Shown here piece by piece: positions 53,161 through 64,000 of a DNA stretch of 64,000 nt. A program made the position numbers and the translations under genes. The notes beneath the pieces were generated by a model. It made no database searches and was not told the origin of the DNA. It saw only the letters and a list, made by a program, of their open reading frames with translations. Positions within the stretch are counted from its first letter, which is position 1, and each line of letters opens with the position of its first letter. Source of the stretch: an uncultured Gemmatimonadaceae bacterium. GTDB taxonomy: Bacteria > Gemmatimonadota > Gemmatimonadetes > Gemmatimonadales > Gemmatimonadaceae. The stretch covers positions 1 through 64,000 of the forward strand of contig CAWAGQ010000012.1 of assembly GCA_963781585.1 (NCBI GenBank). The letters run 5' to 3'.

Positions 53161-54306
53161 TCAGTTGGGTCGCCGCAGCCGATACACCGCGACATGCGGT
53201 TCGCCATCGCTGGCTTCATAGGCGCCGAGGATGTAGTCGTGACCCACCTCGTACGCCGTCAGGCCGACGGGGATCCGTACGTCCGCCACCACGCGCCCCG
53301 ACGCGGTCACGGCCCGAAGGCGCGTGTCGGCATCCCCCGGAGCCGACAGCACCGCCCAGAGCAGGCCGTCGCTGTCGGCAAATAGAGCCGTATACGGCGG
53401 CAGGAACTCGGGCATCGGCGCCTCCAGCATCTGCGAGGAGATCGACTGGCGCATCGCCGCCGGGAACATCGACGCCATGTCGTTCACAGCGCGTTCGTAG
53501 TTTGCCCGCGTCGCACGCCGCGGAGCGATCCCGAACGAAACCGCTCCAAGGGATTGCCCGGCGGGCGAGTATACGTCGACCGTCCCCGAATCAGCCGTGC
53601 CGATGTAGACGCGGTCGCCGGACAGCGCCAGGCTGGTCGCGCGTCCCAGCGGGCGAAAGCCGCCGCCCCGTGGACCGCCGCGCCGCCCCGTCAGAATCAT
53701 CTCGCCGCTCGCAACTTCGCCCAGCGAGCGCACCACGTTGCCGCTGGCGTCGCCAAGCGAGACGACCGCGTTTCCACGAATCACGCTCGAATCCGGCGTC
53801 ACGATGGTCACCTGGCCGCGAGGGCTGCCCGGTGGCTGATAGATGAAGCGTCCGTCGCGCGAGCAGCTGATCGTGGTCGGCGCGGCGGCTCGCGCACCAT
53901 CCGACGGGATGGCGTACTGCCTGACCACCGACCCGTTCGCCGAGAGCACCGTCATGCGCACGAGACCATAGTCCCACACGAAGATCGAATCGCGAGCGCA
54001 CTGGCCGAGCCACATGATGAGCTGGAAGTCACCGGGGCCCTGTCCCTTTTGCCCAACCGAACGAACCAGCCTTCCGCTTCCATCGAAGAAACGAATCGCG
54101 CTCGCCAGTTGATCCGCGATCACGATCGTGCCGTCGGCGAGGCGCGTCCCCGCGACAGGGCGCTCGAGATTGATGGCGCCGTTGGCGCCGAGCCCGGGGA
54201 TGTCCGCGAGCGGGGTGGGATCCACTACCCACCGCGGCTGGGACGCCAGCAACTCCGGCGCCAGCGAAAGGGCCAGTCCGAGGCAGAGCGCCCGAGGAAG
54301 TCGCAT
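53161..54306 (-). CDS. Exported 6-bladed beta-propeller protein
   Basis: Signal peptide; VGQKGQGPGDF, DSDGLLW, DGEPHVAVYRL. Confidence 0.75.
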   Translation of the reverse strand: MRLPRALCLGLALSLAPELLASQPRWVVDPTPLADIPGLGANGAINLERPVAGTRLADGTIVIADQLASAIRFFDGSGRLVRSVGQKGQGPGDFQLIMWLGQCARDSIFVWDYGLVRMTVLSANGSVVRQYAIPSDGARAAAPTTISCSRDGRFIYQPPGSPRGQVTIVTPDSSVIRGNAVVSLGDASGNVVRSLGEVASGEMILTGRRGGPRGGGFRPLGRATSLALSGDRVYIGTADSGTVDVYSPAGQSLGAVSFGIAPRRATRANYERAVNDMASMFPAAMRQSISSQMLEAPMPEFLPPYTALFADSDGLLWAVLSAPGDADTRLRAVTASGRVVADVRIPVGLTAYEVGHDYILGAYEASDGEPHVAVYRLRRPN

Positions 54307-54504
54307 GCGGAAAACCCCGTCGAGGTGTGGTATGTCGCGCCGGAACGAACCATCTTACAGCTTCCTGGCGTGGGTGCGCCACGTCGGAGCGAACCTCCTC
54401 GAACGGATCGCGCATAGGGCGCGCGACCCCTCTCACGGCAACCCTTTCCCCCGGTTCCGACGACAAAGGTAGTCAGTGGCCGGGCGCCGCCTATCTTGAG
54501 ACAA

Positions 54505-55680
54505 ATGTCTCCTTCCGTCCATACGCCGCTCCGGCGGCTCCTGCTCGCGCTCTCGCTGCCCGCCGTGGTCGCGTGGGCCTGCTCCAGGAGTTCCGCCGCC
54601 AAAACGGACGGCGACTCGTCAGCCGCAGCATCGGACAGCGGCGGCGAGACCTCCGGCGCCCCGCGTCTGGCGCTCCCCGTAGCCGCCGCCAAGGTGCGCG
54701 AGGGCGACCTCGTCCTGACCGTCACCACCACGGGCCAGGTGCGCTCGGAGAGCGAGGCGACGCTCAAGGCGGAGGTCGCGGGCACCGTGGACCGGGTCTT
54801 CGTGCGCGCCGGCGACCGGGTGCACAAGGGCGACACGCTGATTGCCCTCGACCCGCGTCCCCTCGATCTGGCCGTCGAGCAGGCGCAGGCCGCCGTGGCC
54901 GAGGCGCAGGTGCGGTACCGCGACTCGTACTTCCCCGACTCGTTCGTCACCGGCCGCATGCCGAGCGAAGAACAGCAGCGCATCTTCAGGGCGCGTTCCG
55001 GACTCCAGAGCGCGCAGGTCGCCCTCGAGCAGAAGAAGCTCGACCGCGAGCGGGCGACCGTTGCTGGCCCCATTCGACGGCATGGTGGACCAGGTCGCGG
55101 TGGCGCCCGGAACGCGGATCGGCGCCGGAGAGCTGGTCACGCGCGTGGTGAGCATAACCCAGCTGCGGGTGGAAGCTTCGGTGCTGGAGCACGACCTCCC
55201 GCTCATCAAGGAAGGCGGCGAAGCGATCGTCACCAGCAGCGCGGCTCCGGACCATCCGATCATCGGGCGTATCGCCGCGGTGCTGCCAATGGTGGACACG
55301 ACAACCCGCAGCGGGCGCGCGTATGTGCGCATTCCCCCCAACACGGTCCTGCGGCCGGGGATGTATGCCGACGTGCGGCTCGAGGCCAACCGCCTCACGC
55401 ACCGGCGGCTGGTGCCGACGCGCGCGATCATCGAGCGCGACGGACGGCCGCTGGTGTTCGTGGTGAAGGACGGGACGTGCCCAGTGGGTCTACGTGAATC
55501 CGGGACGATCCAACGGCACCGACACGGAGATCCTCCCCGACTCGGCATCGGGCGTCATTCCGGTGGCGGTCGGTGACCTGGTGGTCGTCGGAGGGACACC
55601 TCACGCTCACCCACGACGCCCCGGTGCGCGTGGTCAGCCCCGATACGGCCGCCGGTTCGGTGGGCGTGAAGAAGGAATGA
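54505..55680 (+). CDS. RND efflux periplasmic adaptor (MFP); frameshifted
   Basis: GDRVHKGDTL lipoyl half, APFDGMV, LRPGMYA, LVPTRAI. Confidence 0.85.
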
Positions 55681-55841
55681 CGGGTGGATGTCGTCGATCG
55701 GACCGCGATGGCGCATCCTGTGATCGCGGAGCGGCGCGGTGGTGCGCCTTCAGGTGATGCCCCGGCGACGGACGGGGCGCAGCGCCGGCGGACGTTCCGT
55801 CCGCTGACCGGCTGACCCTCGATCCCGGCTTCCGGCACCCC

Positions 55842-58800
55842 GTGTCACTCGTCTCGATCGCCGTCCGCCGCCCGGTTTCCACGGTTGCCGCCACCCTGGG
55901 CATCGTGCTGCTCGGTTCGGTGTCGTTAGGCCGCATGCCGGTCTCGCTGCTGCCCGACGTCACGCTGCCGGTCCTGACCATCCGCACGCTGTACCCGGGG
56001 GCCGCCGCGCCGGAGGTCTCGCGGTTCGTGGCCGAGCCGATCGAGAAAGTCGATCGCCGCGATGCCCGGGCTGGTGGAGCTGCGCTCGGCGAGCCGGAAC
56101 GGCGAGGTGACCACCACGGCGCGGTTCTCGTGGGGCACCGACATGCAGACCACGCTGCTCAACATGCGCGAGCGGCTGGACAACGCGCGCGGAAGCGCTG
56201 CCGGAGCGCGCCGAGCGGCCCACGCTCCTCACCAGCGACCCGGGCGAGCGCCCGATCGCCGTGCTCAGCCTGGGCATCCAGGGCAGCCTGCGCGACCTGG
56301 CGCGGACCGCCGAGGACGTCTACGCACGCCGCCTGGAGCAGATCGCCGGGGTCTCCGAGCGTGGCGGTGGTGGGCGCGCCGGACGACGAGATCCGCGTGG
56401 AGGTCGATCCCGAGCGGATGCGCGCGCTGGGCGTGACCAGCGACGACATCGCCCGCGCGATTCGCGCCGAGAACGCGACCGGAACCAGCGGGACCATCCG
56501 GCGCGGCCAGTTCCGCTTCACGGTGCGGACGATGACCGAGTTCCGCACGCCGGACGAAATCGGGGAGACGCCGGTGGGGCGGGCGGGGAGCGGCATCAAG
56601 CTGCGCGACCTGGCGGCGATCGACGTGACCACGGCCGACCCGCTCACGCTCACGCGCCTCGACAGCAAGCCGGCCGTGGGGCTGGTGGTCTACAAGGATG
56701 CCGGCGCCAACACGGTTTCGGTGACGAGCGAGCTGGAGAAGGTGGTGGGCCAGCTCCGCACCGAGTTTCCCGGCATCACGCTGACGATCGTGGCCGAGCA
56801 GGCACAGTTCGTGTCCGCGGCGCTCGGCAACCTGTGGCAGGAGATCATCGTCGGCGGGCTCCTGTCGCTGGGCGTGATTCTGCTGTTCCTGCGGGACTGG
56901 CGGCTCTCGCTGGCGATCGGGATGATGGTGCCGCTGTCGGTGCTGGTGGCGCTGGTGATCCTGCAGGGGATGCACGTCACCATCAACGTTCTGTCGTTAG
57001 GCGGGCTGGCGCTGGGGGTCGGCCTGCTGGTGGACAACGCCATCGTGGTAGCCGAGGCGGCGGTGCGGAAGCGGGAGGAGGGGCTGCCGCTCGACCAGGC
57101 GACGCTGATCGCCACCGAGGAAGTCTCGGGGCCGCTGATCGCCGGCACGCTCACCACGCTGCTGGTGTTCGGGCCGATCATCTTCGTGCGCGGGCTGGCG
57201 GCGGTCCTGTTCCGCGATCTCTCGCTGTCGGTGGTGATGAGCGTGGGGGCGTCGCTCATTCTCGCGCTGACGCTGATGCCGGTGATGGTGATCGGCCGCC
57301 GCCGCGCTTCGCTGAGCCAACCGGATCGGAAGCGACCGGTGCGTGCAGGGCGCGGCGTCGGATCGACGCACCCACCCGGCAGTCCCGACGGCGGTCGGCC
57401 GCCAGCCATCTCGCTGGTCACGGGCATCGGGGCGCGCCGGAGACAGGCTGGCTCCGGTGGTTCACCGCCATGGGCGAGTGGTTCGAGGGGCAGTACACGC
57501 GCGGGATGAAGTGGTCGCTGGCGAATCCCGGTCCCCGTGCTCGTGATCACGGTCGGCGTCGCTGGCGTTCACCGTGTGGGTCACCATGCGCCTGCCGCGC
57601 GAGATCCTGCCGCAGGTACAGGAACGGGTGGTGGTGGCATCGCTGCAGCTCACCGAGGGGACGGCGATCGAGGAAACCACCCGCCAGGTGGCCCGGCTGG
57701 AGGACGCCGCTCACGCGTTAGGCTCGACGAATGTGTACAGCCGGGTGGGCGATCGCCACCGACGAGGAGATCCTGGCCGGCGCCGAGCCGGGGACGTCGG
57801 CTACCGCGCAGCTTATTCTCCCGGTGCCCGCGCGCGGCGACGCGCTCGGCTTCGCCGATGCGCTGCGGCGCGCGGTCCCCGACCTGGCCCAGGGCGCGCT
57901 GGCGCTCGACGTGGCCGGCGCCTCGGAATTCGGGAGCCTGATCGGGCGCGAAGGCCGGGTGGTGCGGGTCGAGATCAGCGCCCACACCGTCGAAGAAGCC
58001 GAGGTGTGGGCCGACACCGCGCGGGCGCGCCTGCGCGGGGTGTCGTCGCTCTCCGACGTGCGCGACGCGCAGGAGGGGCTGCAGCCGGTGGTAGAGGTGA
58101 CGCTCGATCGCGACCGCATCGCCCAGCGCGGACTGTCGTGTGGACGCGGTGTCGAACGCGCTGGCGGGCGGACTGGGGGGGGTCGACGCCAGCGAGCTCC
58201 GCGAGACCGACCGGCGCACCCCGATCACCGTGCGGTTCGCGGGCGCGGCCAACGAGAACCTGGCCGCGGCGATGAACACGCTGGTGGCGGGCGTACCAGT
58301 GGCGCAGCTGATCCAGGTCAACGAGACGAAAGCCCCGATCGAGGTCGTGCGCGTGGGTCAGCGCCCGGTGGTGGCGGTGGAGGCGCTCATCGAACGCGGG
58401 GGCACCAGTCACGCGTCCGACGATGTCTCGCAGGTCATGTCCTCGCTCAGGATGCCGGTGGGAGTGAGCTGGACGGTGAGCGGGGCCAACGCCGAGCAAC
58501 AGCGCACTACCAACGAGCTCACCCTGGTCGCGATCCTGTCCGCCGCGCTGATGTTCCTGGTGCTGGCCGGCGAATTCGCCTCGTTCACCGTGCCGCTGGT
58601 GGTGATGCTCACCGTCCCCCTGGCGGCCGCCGGCGGTCTGGTGTTCCTGTGGATGACGGGGCAGAGCATCAACGCGGTATCGCTCATCGGCATCGTCGTC
58701 ATGATCGGCATGGCCGACAACGAAGCGGTGGTGAAGCTCGACGCGGTGCGCCGGTTCCGCGAGATGGGCCACTCGATCGAGGACGCCGTCTTGTTAGGCG

Positions 58801-59153
58801 GGCACCAGCGGCTGCGGGCGATCGCCATGACGTCCATCACCACGATCACCGGCGTGCTGCCGCTGGTGTTCGGGGGCGGCAGCGGCGGCGCGCTGTACCA
58901 GCCGCTGGCGGCGGGGGTCATCGGCGGCAGCGTGTCGGCGCTGGCGGTGACGTTCTTCCTGCTGCCGACCGCGTACGCGGTGCTCGAACGGCGTACCGAG
59001 CGGCGCAAGCTGCGGTCGCAGGGCGGCGGGGCGGCCACGGACGCGCGACCGGTCGCGTCAGGGACCCAGGCGTCGCCGGCCGCAGTGCACATGGTGATCG
59101 AGCGCGACAGCCCGCGGGCGCCAGGATTGGGCGCCCTGGATTCGGAGAGGTGA
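55842..59153 (+). CDS. RND efflux permease subunit 1 (AcrB family); frameshifted
   Basis: AVRRPV, LLPDV, YPGA, GLLVDNAIVV, RLRAIAMT, YQPLA. Confidence 0.85.
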
Positions 59154-59157
59154 TCGC

Positions 59158-62100
59158 ATGATCCGCTGGGCGGTATCCCGTCCTGCCGTCGTATGGGCCA
59201 CGAGCATCACCATCGTGCTGGGCGGAGCGGTGGCGTTCACGCGGCTGGTCCTGGGCTCGGCGTCGGTGGAGCTGCCCAGGCTGAACGTGTCGATACCGTG
59301 GCCGGGTGCCGCGGCCGAACTGGTCGAGATGTACGTCGCCACGCCGGTGGAAGCCGCGATTCAGAGCGTGCGCGGGGTGCGCAAGACGCACAGCGATTCC
59401 AACGAGGGCATGGTGGCGCTCACCGTGGAACTCGAGCCCCGCGCCGACGTGCAGATCACGCGGCTGGCAATCCTCGAGCGGCTCGAGCTGCTGCAGCCGA
59501 CATTCGACTCGCTGCGAATCGGGCGCCCGTCGGTCACCAACTATGTGCCGAAGGACCTGAGCGAGGAGCCGCTCATCACGCTCTCGATCAACGGGCCGTA
59601 TACGGCCGGGGCATTGGTCAAGCTCAGCACCGACGTGCTCGAGCCGCGCCTGTCGGCGGTCCCGGGGGTGGCGGGGATCGGGACGCAGGGCGGCACGTCA
59701 CTGGGCGTTTCGGTTGCCTACGACCCGAGTTTTCTCCGACAGGTGGGCGTGGCGCCGGCCGCGGTCCAGGCGGCGCTGCTGCGCGCGCGGGTGGTGCAGG
59801 CGGTGGGCGACGCACAACAGGGTTCGATGGAGCGCGAGGTCACGATCCGCGATCAGCCGAACGTGATTTCGGATCTCGACAAGCTGCCGGTGATCGGCCG
59901 GGCGGGCCGCGTGTTCCGGCTGGGCGAGCTCGCCACGGTGCGTCCGGACGAAGACGCGAATGGGGCGTTCTACCGCGTGGACGGCCAGCCGGCGGTGATC
60001 CTGCAGATCTCCCGCCTTCCGGGTTCGGACGCGATCAAGACCGCGGCGGCGGTGCGGGCCGCGCTCGCCGAGCTCAAGCCCAAGCTCCCGCTGGGCGTGC
60101 GTCTCGAGATCCGGAACGACACCAGCGAGGACATGGCGCACGACCTGCGCGATCTGCTGACGCGTGGCGCGATCGCGTTCGGCGCGGTCATTCTGGTCAT
60201 CGCGATCATGTTGCGCGACGCGCGCGCGGTGGCACTGGTGATCGGGAGCGCGGCGGTGGCCATTTCCGGCACCGCACTGGGGCTGTTCATCTTCAGGATC
60301 CCGGCGAACATGCTGACGCTGGCGGGGCTGGCGATGGGCATCGGAATACTCGTGCAGAACGGGCTGGTGGTGGCCGAGCGACTGGGGACGGTGCCCGATT
60401 CGCCGCGAGCGCGCGGCGACGCGGCGGCGCGCATCACGCCGGCGGTGATCGGCGCCACGATGACGACGGCGGTGGTGCTGTTCCCGTTCCTCTATCTGCA
60501 GGGCGACACGCGGGCGGCGTTCGTCCCGTTCGCCTCGGCGTTCGCGATGGCGCTCGCCTGGTCGGTGCTGGCGTCGGTGGTGATGATCCCGGCGCTCGCC
60601 AAGGGGCACCGGATCCACGAGGCCAGCTGGCCCCGGATCCGACACGTGTACGCGCGGATCATCGCGCCCCTGATCCGGTGGCGGTGGATCACGTTAGGCG
60701 TGACGGTGCTGGCGCTCGGCGGACTCACCTGGGTGTTCGTCAAGAAGGTGCCGCGGTTCTCGTTCTCCGGCTTCGGGCAGCAGCGCACCTATCTCACGGC
60801 GTCGATCAGCTTCCCGCGCGGCTCCGATCCCGAGGGCCTCGACCGGTCGATCCGCGAGCTCGAGGACATCGCCGTCGGCAAGCCGGGCGTGGAGCGGACG
60901 CAGGCCTACTCGGGAGGGAGCACCAGTGCCTTTCTGAACGTGATGTTCACGCACGAGTCGGAGTACTCAGCGCGATTCCGCTGGAGATGGAAGAGCTGAT
61001 GACGCAGCGGGCGGTGCTGATCGGGGGGGCGAATGTGAGTGTGCACGGCCAGGGGCCGGGGTTCTACTCGGGGATGGGGTCGATGGGGATGGCGTCGTTC
61101 CGCATCCGGGTGCTGGGGTACTCGTTCTCGGGCGTGGAGGCGCTCGCCAGGGATCTCAAGGAGCGCCTGGAGCGCATCCCGCGGGTGCGCGACGTGGACA
61201 TCGGCACCACCTCGTTCGGCTACGGCGGCGGGGAGAAGGCGTTCGCGATCACCATCGAGCCCAATCGCGCCGTGCTGGCGCAATACGGGCTCACGGCGCA
61301 GGACCTCACGTACGCGGTGGGCCGCGAGATCCGCGGCGCCGCCGGGCAGATGCGGCTCGAGATCGGGGGCGAGGAGATCAACGTCCGCCTCAAGACGTCG
61401 GGATCACGCGAGCGCACGCTCAACGAGCTGCGCGACGCGATGATCCCGACGCCGTCCGGCGGATCAGTGCGCCTGAGCGCGGTGTCGAACGTGAGCGAGC
61501 GCGAGGCGCTCAGCACCATCAGCCGCGAGGACCAGCAGTTCATCCGGGTGGTGGCGTACGAGTTCCGCGGTCCCAACAAGCTGGCGCAGCGCACCCACGA
61601 CGCGTTCATGAAGACCGTCAGCACCCCGCCGGGCTACACGGTGGAGGACGCGGCGTACAGCTTTTACGGGCAGGACAAGAGCGAGCAGGGGCTGTGGCTG
61701 GTGTTCAGCATCGGGATCGTGCTGGTGATTCTGTCGGTGGCGCTGGTATTCGACTCGGTCTGGGCGGCCGGCGTCGTGTTCGCCAGCCTGCCCGTGGCGT
61801 TAGGCGGGGTGGTGGCTGATCTTCTGGCTGGCCAACGCGGCATTCACCCGCGAGGCGGCGGTCGGGGTGATCCTGGTGGTGGGACACGCGGTGAACCAGG
61901 CGATCCTGCTGGTCGACTCGGCGCTCCAGAAGCGGCGCGCCAACCGCCGGCGCGGGGCGCCCGGGCTCGGCATCCGTCAGGTGCTGCGGTCGGCGCTCGA
62001 CCGCGGGGGGATGATCGTCCTGGTCACACTCAGCACGCTGGCCAGCCTGCTCCCGCTGGCGATCGGGACCAGGACGACGTCGCTGTTCGGGGCGATCGCG

Positions 62101-62187
62101 CTGGCGGCGGCGGGCGGGATGACGGCCGGCACGTTAGGCGCGCTGTTCGTGGTGCCGGCGATGCTGGTGGGGCGGCGCCGGCGGTGA
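59158..62187 (+). CDS. RND efflux permease subunit 2 (AcrB family); frameshifted
   Basis: IRWAVSRP, WPGA, ANMLTLAGLAMGIGILVQN, LLPLAIG, LFVVPAM. Confidence 0.82.
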
Positions 62188-62448
62188 GTACGGCGCCGGC
62201 CGCAGTCGATTACGCGGCACCACCGGTGCGCAAATCTGGGCCGGTTGGGCGATCTTCACCTACGATCTCGACACGCTCAGCAGGAAAGCGACGACCGGCC
62301 GAGCGGCATGCCAGCAGACTCGCGACAGCTCATGATCGGCGATGACACCAACACGCAGCCATGACACGAAGCAAATCTCAGCAGGGGGCAACACGGGTCA
62401 CTCCTCCCTTGTCGCTTCTCCCAATCCCGATTTTTCCGGGGGAAGTAG

Positions 62449-62803
62449 TTAGAGCCGATCTTGCGGGCTTGTGGGCAGTGTGAGCAGCGCATCGTCGCTG
62501 TCAGCAGCGAAGGCCGCGAGTCGGGACCGATTCCGCAACAAGAGACCCGCGATCACGGCTGTGCCGGCGTTCCCCACCACCAGCCAGACCACCTTGGGCG
62601 GATGACCGCGGAGGAAGCTGAGTTGACGGAAGTCGTCGTCCTTGGACACAACGAGGAAGCCGTGCTCGGCCGCGTATCGCCAAACCGCAATATCCGGTTG
62701 ACCATGTAACTCGAGTTCGTCAACATGCGCGGTCTCCGGAAAGGCGGCCGTCAACCGGGCGACAAGTTTGTGGGCTGAGGTTCTCGTCGAGAAGGAGCTT
62801 CAC
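62449..62803 (-). CDS. DUF5615 PIN-like toxin; one extra base near the start
   Basis: MKLLLDENLS..., DIAVWRYAAEHGFLVVSKDDDF, GHPPKVVWL.GN; span 355 bp, i.e. +1. Confidence 0.82.
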
Positions 62804-63027
62804 ACCCCCGATCCGGACGCCAGGCGACGCTCACGGGCAGCGGCAAAGGCCAGAGCGGCCCGTACATGCTCCGGGGCCAGAGCCGGAAACTCCTCAAGCA
62901 GCTGCTTCTCGCTCATCCCGCCAGCGAGATACTCCAGAACGTCATAGACAGTGATCCGGGTGCCTTTGAAGCAGGGCTTCCCGCTGCGAACCTCGGGCCG
63001 GATCTCGATGTAGTCGTCCAATCGCAT
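62800..63027 (-). CDS. DUF433 antitoxin
   Basis: IEIRPEVRSGKPCFKGTRITVYDVLEYLAGGMS...EFPAL...AALAFAA; GTGA overlap with the toxin. Confidence 0.9.
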   Translation of the reverse strand: MRLDDYIEIRPEVRSGKPCFKGTRITVYDVLEYLAGGMSEKQLLEEFPALAPEHVRAALAFAAARERRLASGSGV

Positions 63028-63109
63028 GGCGATACGATAGGCTCCGCACGAAAGCGCGACAAGAGCACGCGGCTCGAGATGGGATGCGCTCAACGCTGTG
63101 CATCGGCGT

Positions 63110-63257
63110 CCGCTGCCGCTGGCGATCGGGACCAAAACGACGTCGCTGTTCGGGGCGATCGCGCTCGGGGCGGCGGGCGGGATGACGGCGGGCACGTTAG
63201 TTAGGCGCGCTGTTCGTGGTGCCGGCGATGCTGGTGGGCCGGCGCCGGCGTCGTTGA
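63110..63257 (+). repeat. Diverged direct repeat of the 3' end of RND permease 2 (62047..62187)
   Basis: Aligns codon for codon (LPLAIGT...VPAMLVGRRR*) with a few substitutions and a 4-bp TTAG insertion. Confidence 0.92.
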
Positions 63258-63259
63258 CC

Positions 63260-63283
63260 AATGTGGCTACATGGAGCTACATT
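63260..63283 (+). promoter_or_regulatory. Putative TA operator
   Basis: Near-palindrome ATGTGGCTACAT and a second GCTACAT, ending 7 bp before the antitoxin ATG. Confidence 0.5.
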
Positions 63284-63290
63284 CAAATCC

Positions 63291-63599
63291 ATGATATCCG
63301 CCGGGATTCGAGACCTGAAGAACAACCTGAGCCGCTACCTGCGGGGGCTCCGGCCCGGCGACGTCATTGCCATTACGGACCGAGGCCGCATCGTGGCGGA
63401 GCTTCGCGCACCATCCTCGCAGGGTAGCGCGAGCGCGGCTCCGTCCCCGCTGACGGGCGGGACGCGCGACTCCTGGCCGCAGGCGTCATCCGGGCGGCGC
63501 GTGAGTCCGGGGATCCCCTCGGCGACGTGGAAACGACGCGCGGGCGGCGGCACCCAGGGCACGGTCGCGGCGCTGATTCGAGAAGACCGGGGTGACTGA
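63291..63599 (+). CDS. Phd/YefM-family antitoxin
   Basis: MISAGIRDLKNNLSRYL...GDVIAITDRGRIVAEL; C-terminal LIREDRGD. Confidence 0.85.
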   Translation: MISAGIRDLKNNLSRYLRGLRPGDVIAITDRGRIVAELRAPSSQGSASAAPSPLTGGTRDSWPQASSGRRVSPGIPSATWKRRAGGGTQGTVAALIREDRGD

Positions 63600-64000
63600 G
63601 CCGCGGGCACCGGCCGCACCCGATCCGTTCGAGCCCATTCGGTATATCGAGTCCAGTGCCCTTCTGTCGGCGATCCTCGAGCGCGATCCGGGTGCCATGC
63701 GTGCCGTTCGCCGACGCGGGCGTCGTGTGACGTCCGTGCTGACGATCGCGGAGTCGCACCGGGCGCTCGTTCGCGCCCGTGCGACAAACCGGCTCGATGC
63801 CGGACAGGTACGGGCGGCGGTGCGGTCGCTTCGGGCGTTCGCTGCGCGATGCGACCTGGTCGCCATCAGCGACGACGTGCTGCTCCGCGCGGGCCGGGCC
63901 TTTCCGTTCGAACCCCTACGGACGCTGGATGCGATCCACCTCGCCACGGCCGACCTGCTGGGTGAGCCTCCCGCCGTGGTCACCATCGTCACGCGCGACA
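63592..64000 (+). CDS. vapC: VapC-type PIN toxin (runs off the window)
   Basis: Manual translation: RYIESSALL...TSVLTIAE...LRTLDAIHLATA...IVTRD. Confidence 0.8.
   Translation, partial: MTEPRAPAAPDPFEPIRYIESSALLSAILERDPGAMRAVRRRGRRVTSVLTIAESHRALVRARATNRLDAGQVRAAVRSLRAFAARCDLVAISDDVLLRAGRAFPFEPLRTLDAIHLATADLLGEPPAVVTIVTRD

Noticed and set aside
59193..62345. 1050-aa ORF as a novel fusion
   Set aside because: Only its middle part is the true RND permease frame after a frameshift near 60975; the rest is off-frame
48097..62803. Split ADOP permease, MFP, RND and DUF5615 genes
   Set aside because: Same indel pattern; pieces join into full-length family members

Overview
High-GC bacterial chromosomal segment. 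Gene content (ADOP-type permease, 6-bladed beta-propellers, DUF494, pilMNOPQ-aroCK synteny) suggests Gemmatimonadota, by inference only. Left to right: mog and gcvT; a minor-pilin operon (fimT-pilV-pilW-pilX-like); a long minus-strand run of pilS/pilR, two GT-C-type membrane proteins, a GT2, pilA, a second pilV/W/X set, pilMNOPQ, a large lipoprotein, aroC, aroK, smg, topA, trmFO, xerC, hslVU, argF and a peroxiredoxin; a mixed region (arfB, OMP, metzincin protease, Thr/Ser dehydratase, hslR, esterase, LysM, thioredoxin-like, DUF2490, ppk2, ADOP permease, beta-propellers); a two-permease RND system; and two toxin-antitoxin modules. About 30-42 kb, 48-50.5 kb and 54.5-62.8 kb carry many single-base frameshifts, probably long-read errors. 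Highlights: (1) a BCP/PrxQ peroxiredoxin with an in-frame TGA at the peroxidatic Cys and a SECIS-like hairpin (probable selenoprotein); (2) an 8-mer, CGTTAGGC/GCCTAACG, seen at least 19 times inside and between genes; (3) a diverged ~140-bp copy of the RND gene 3' end separating two TA modules; (4) a probable pilin-glycosylation cassette between pilR and pilA; (5) several families of REP-like intergenic repeats. All calls come from reading the sequence; no database search was run.
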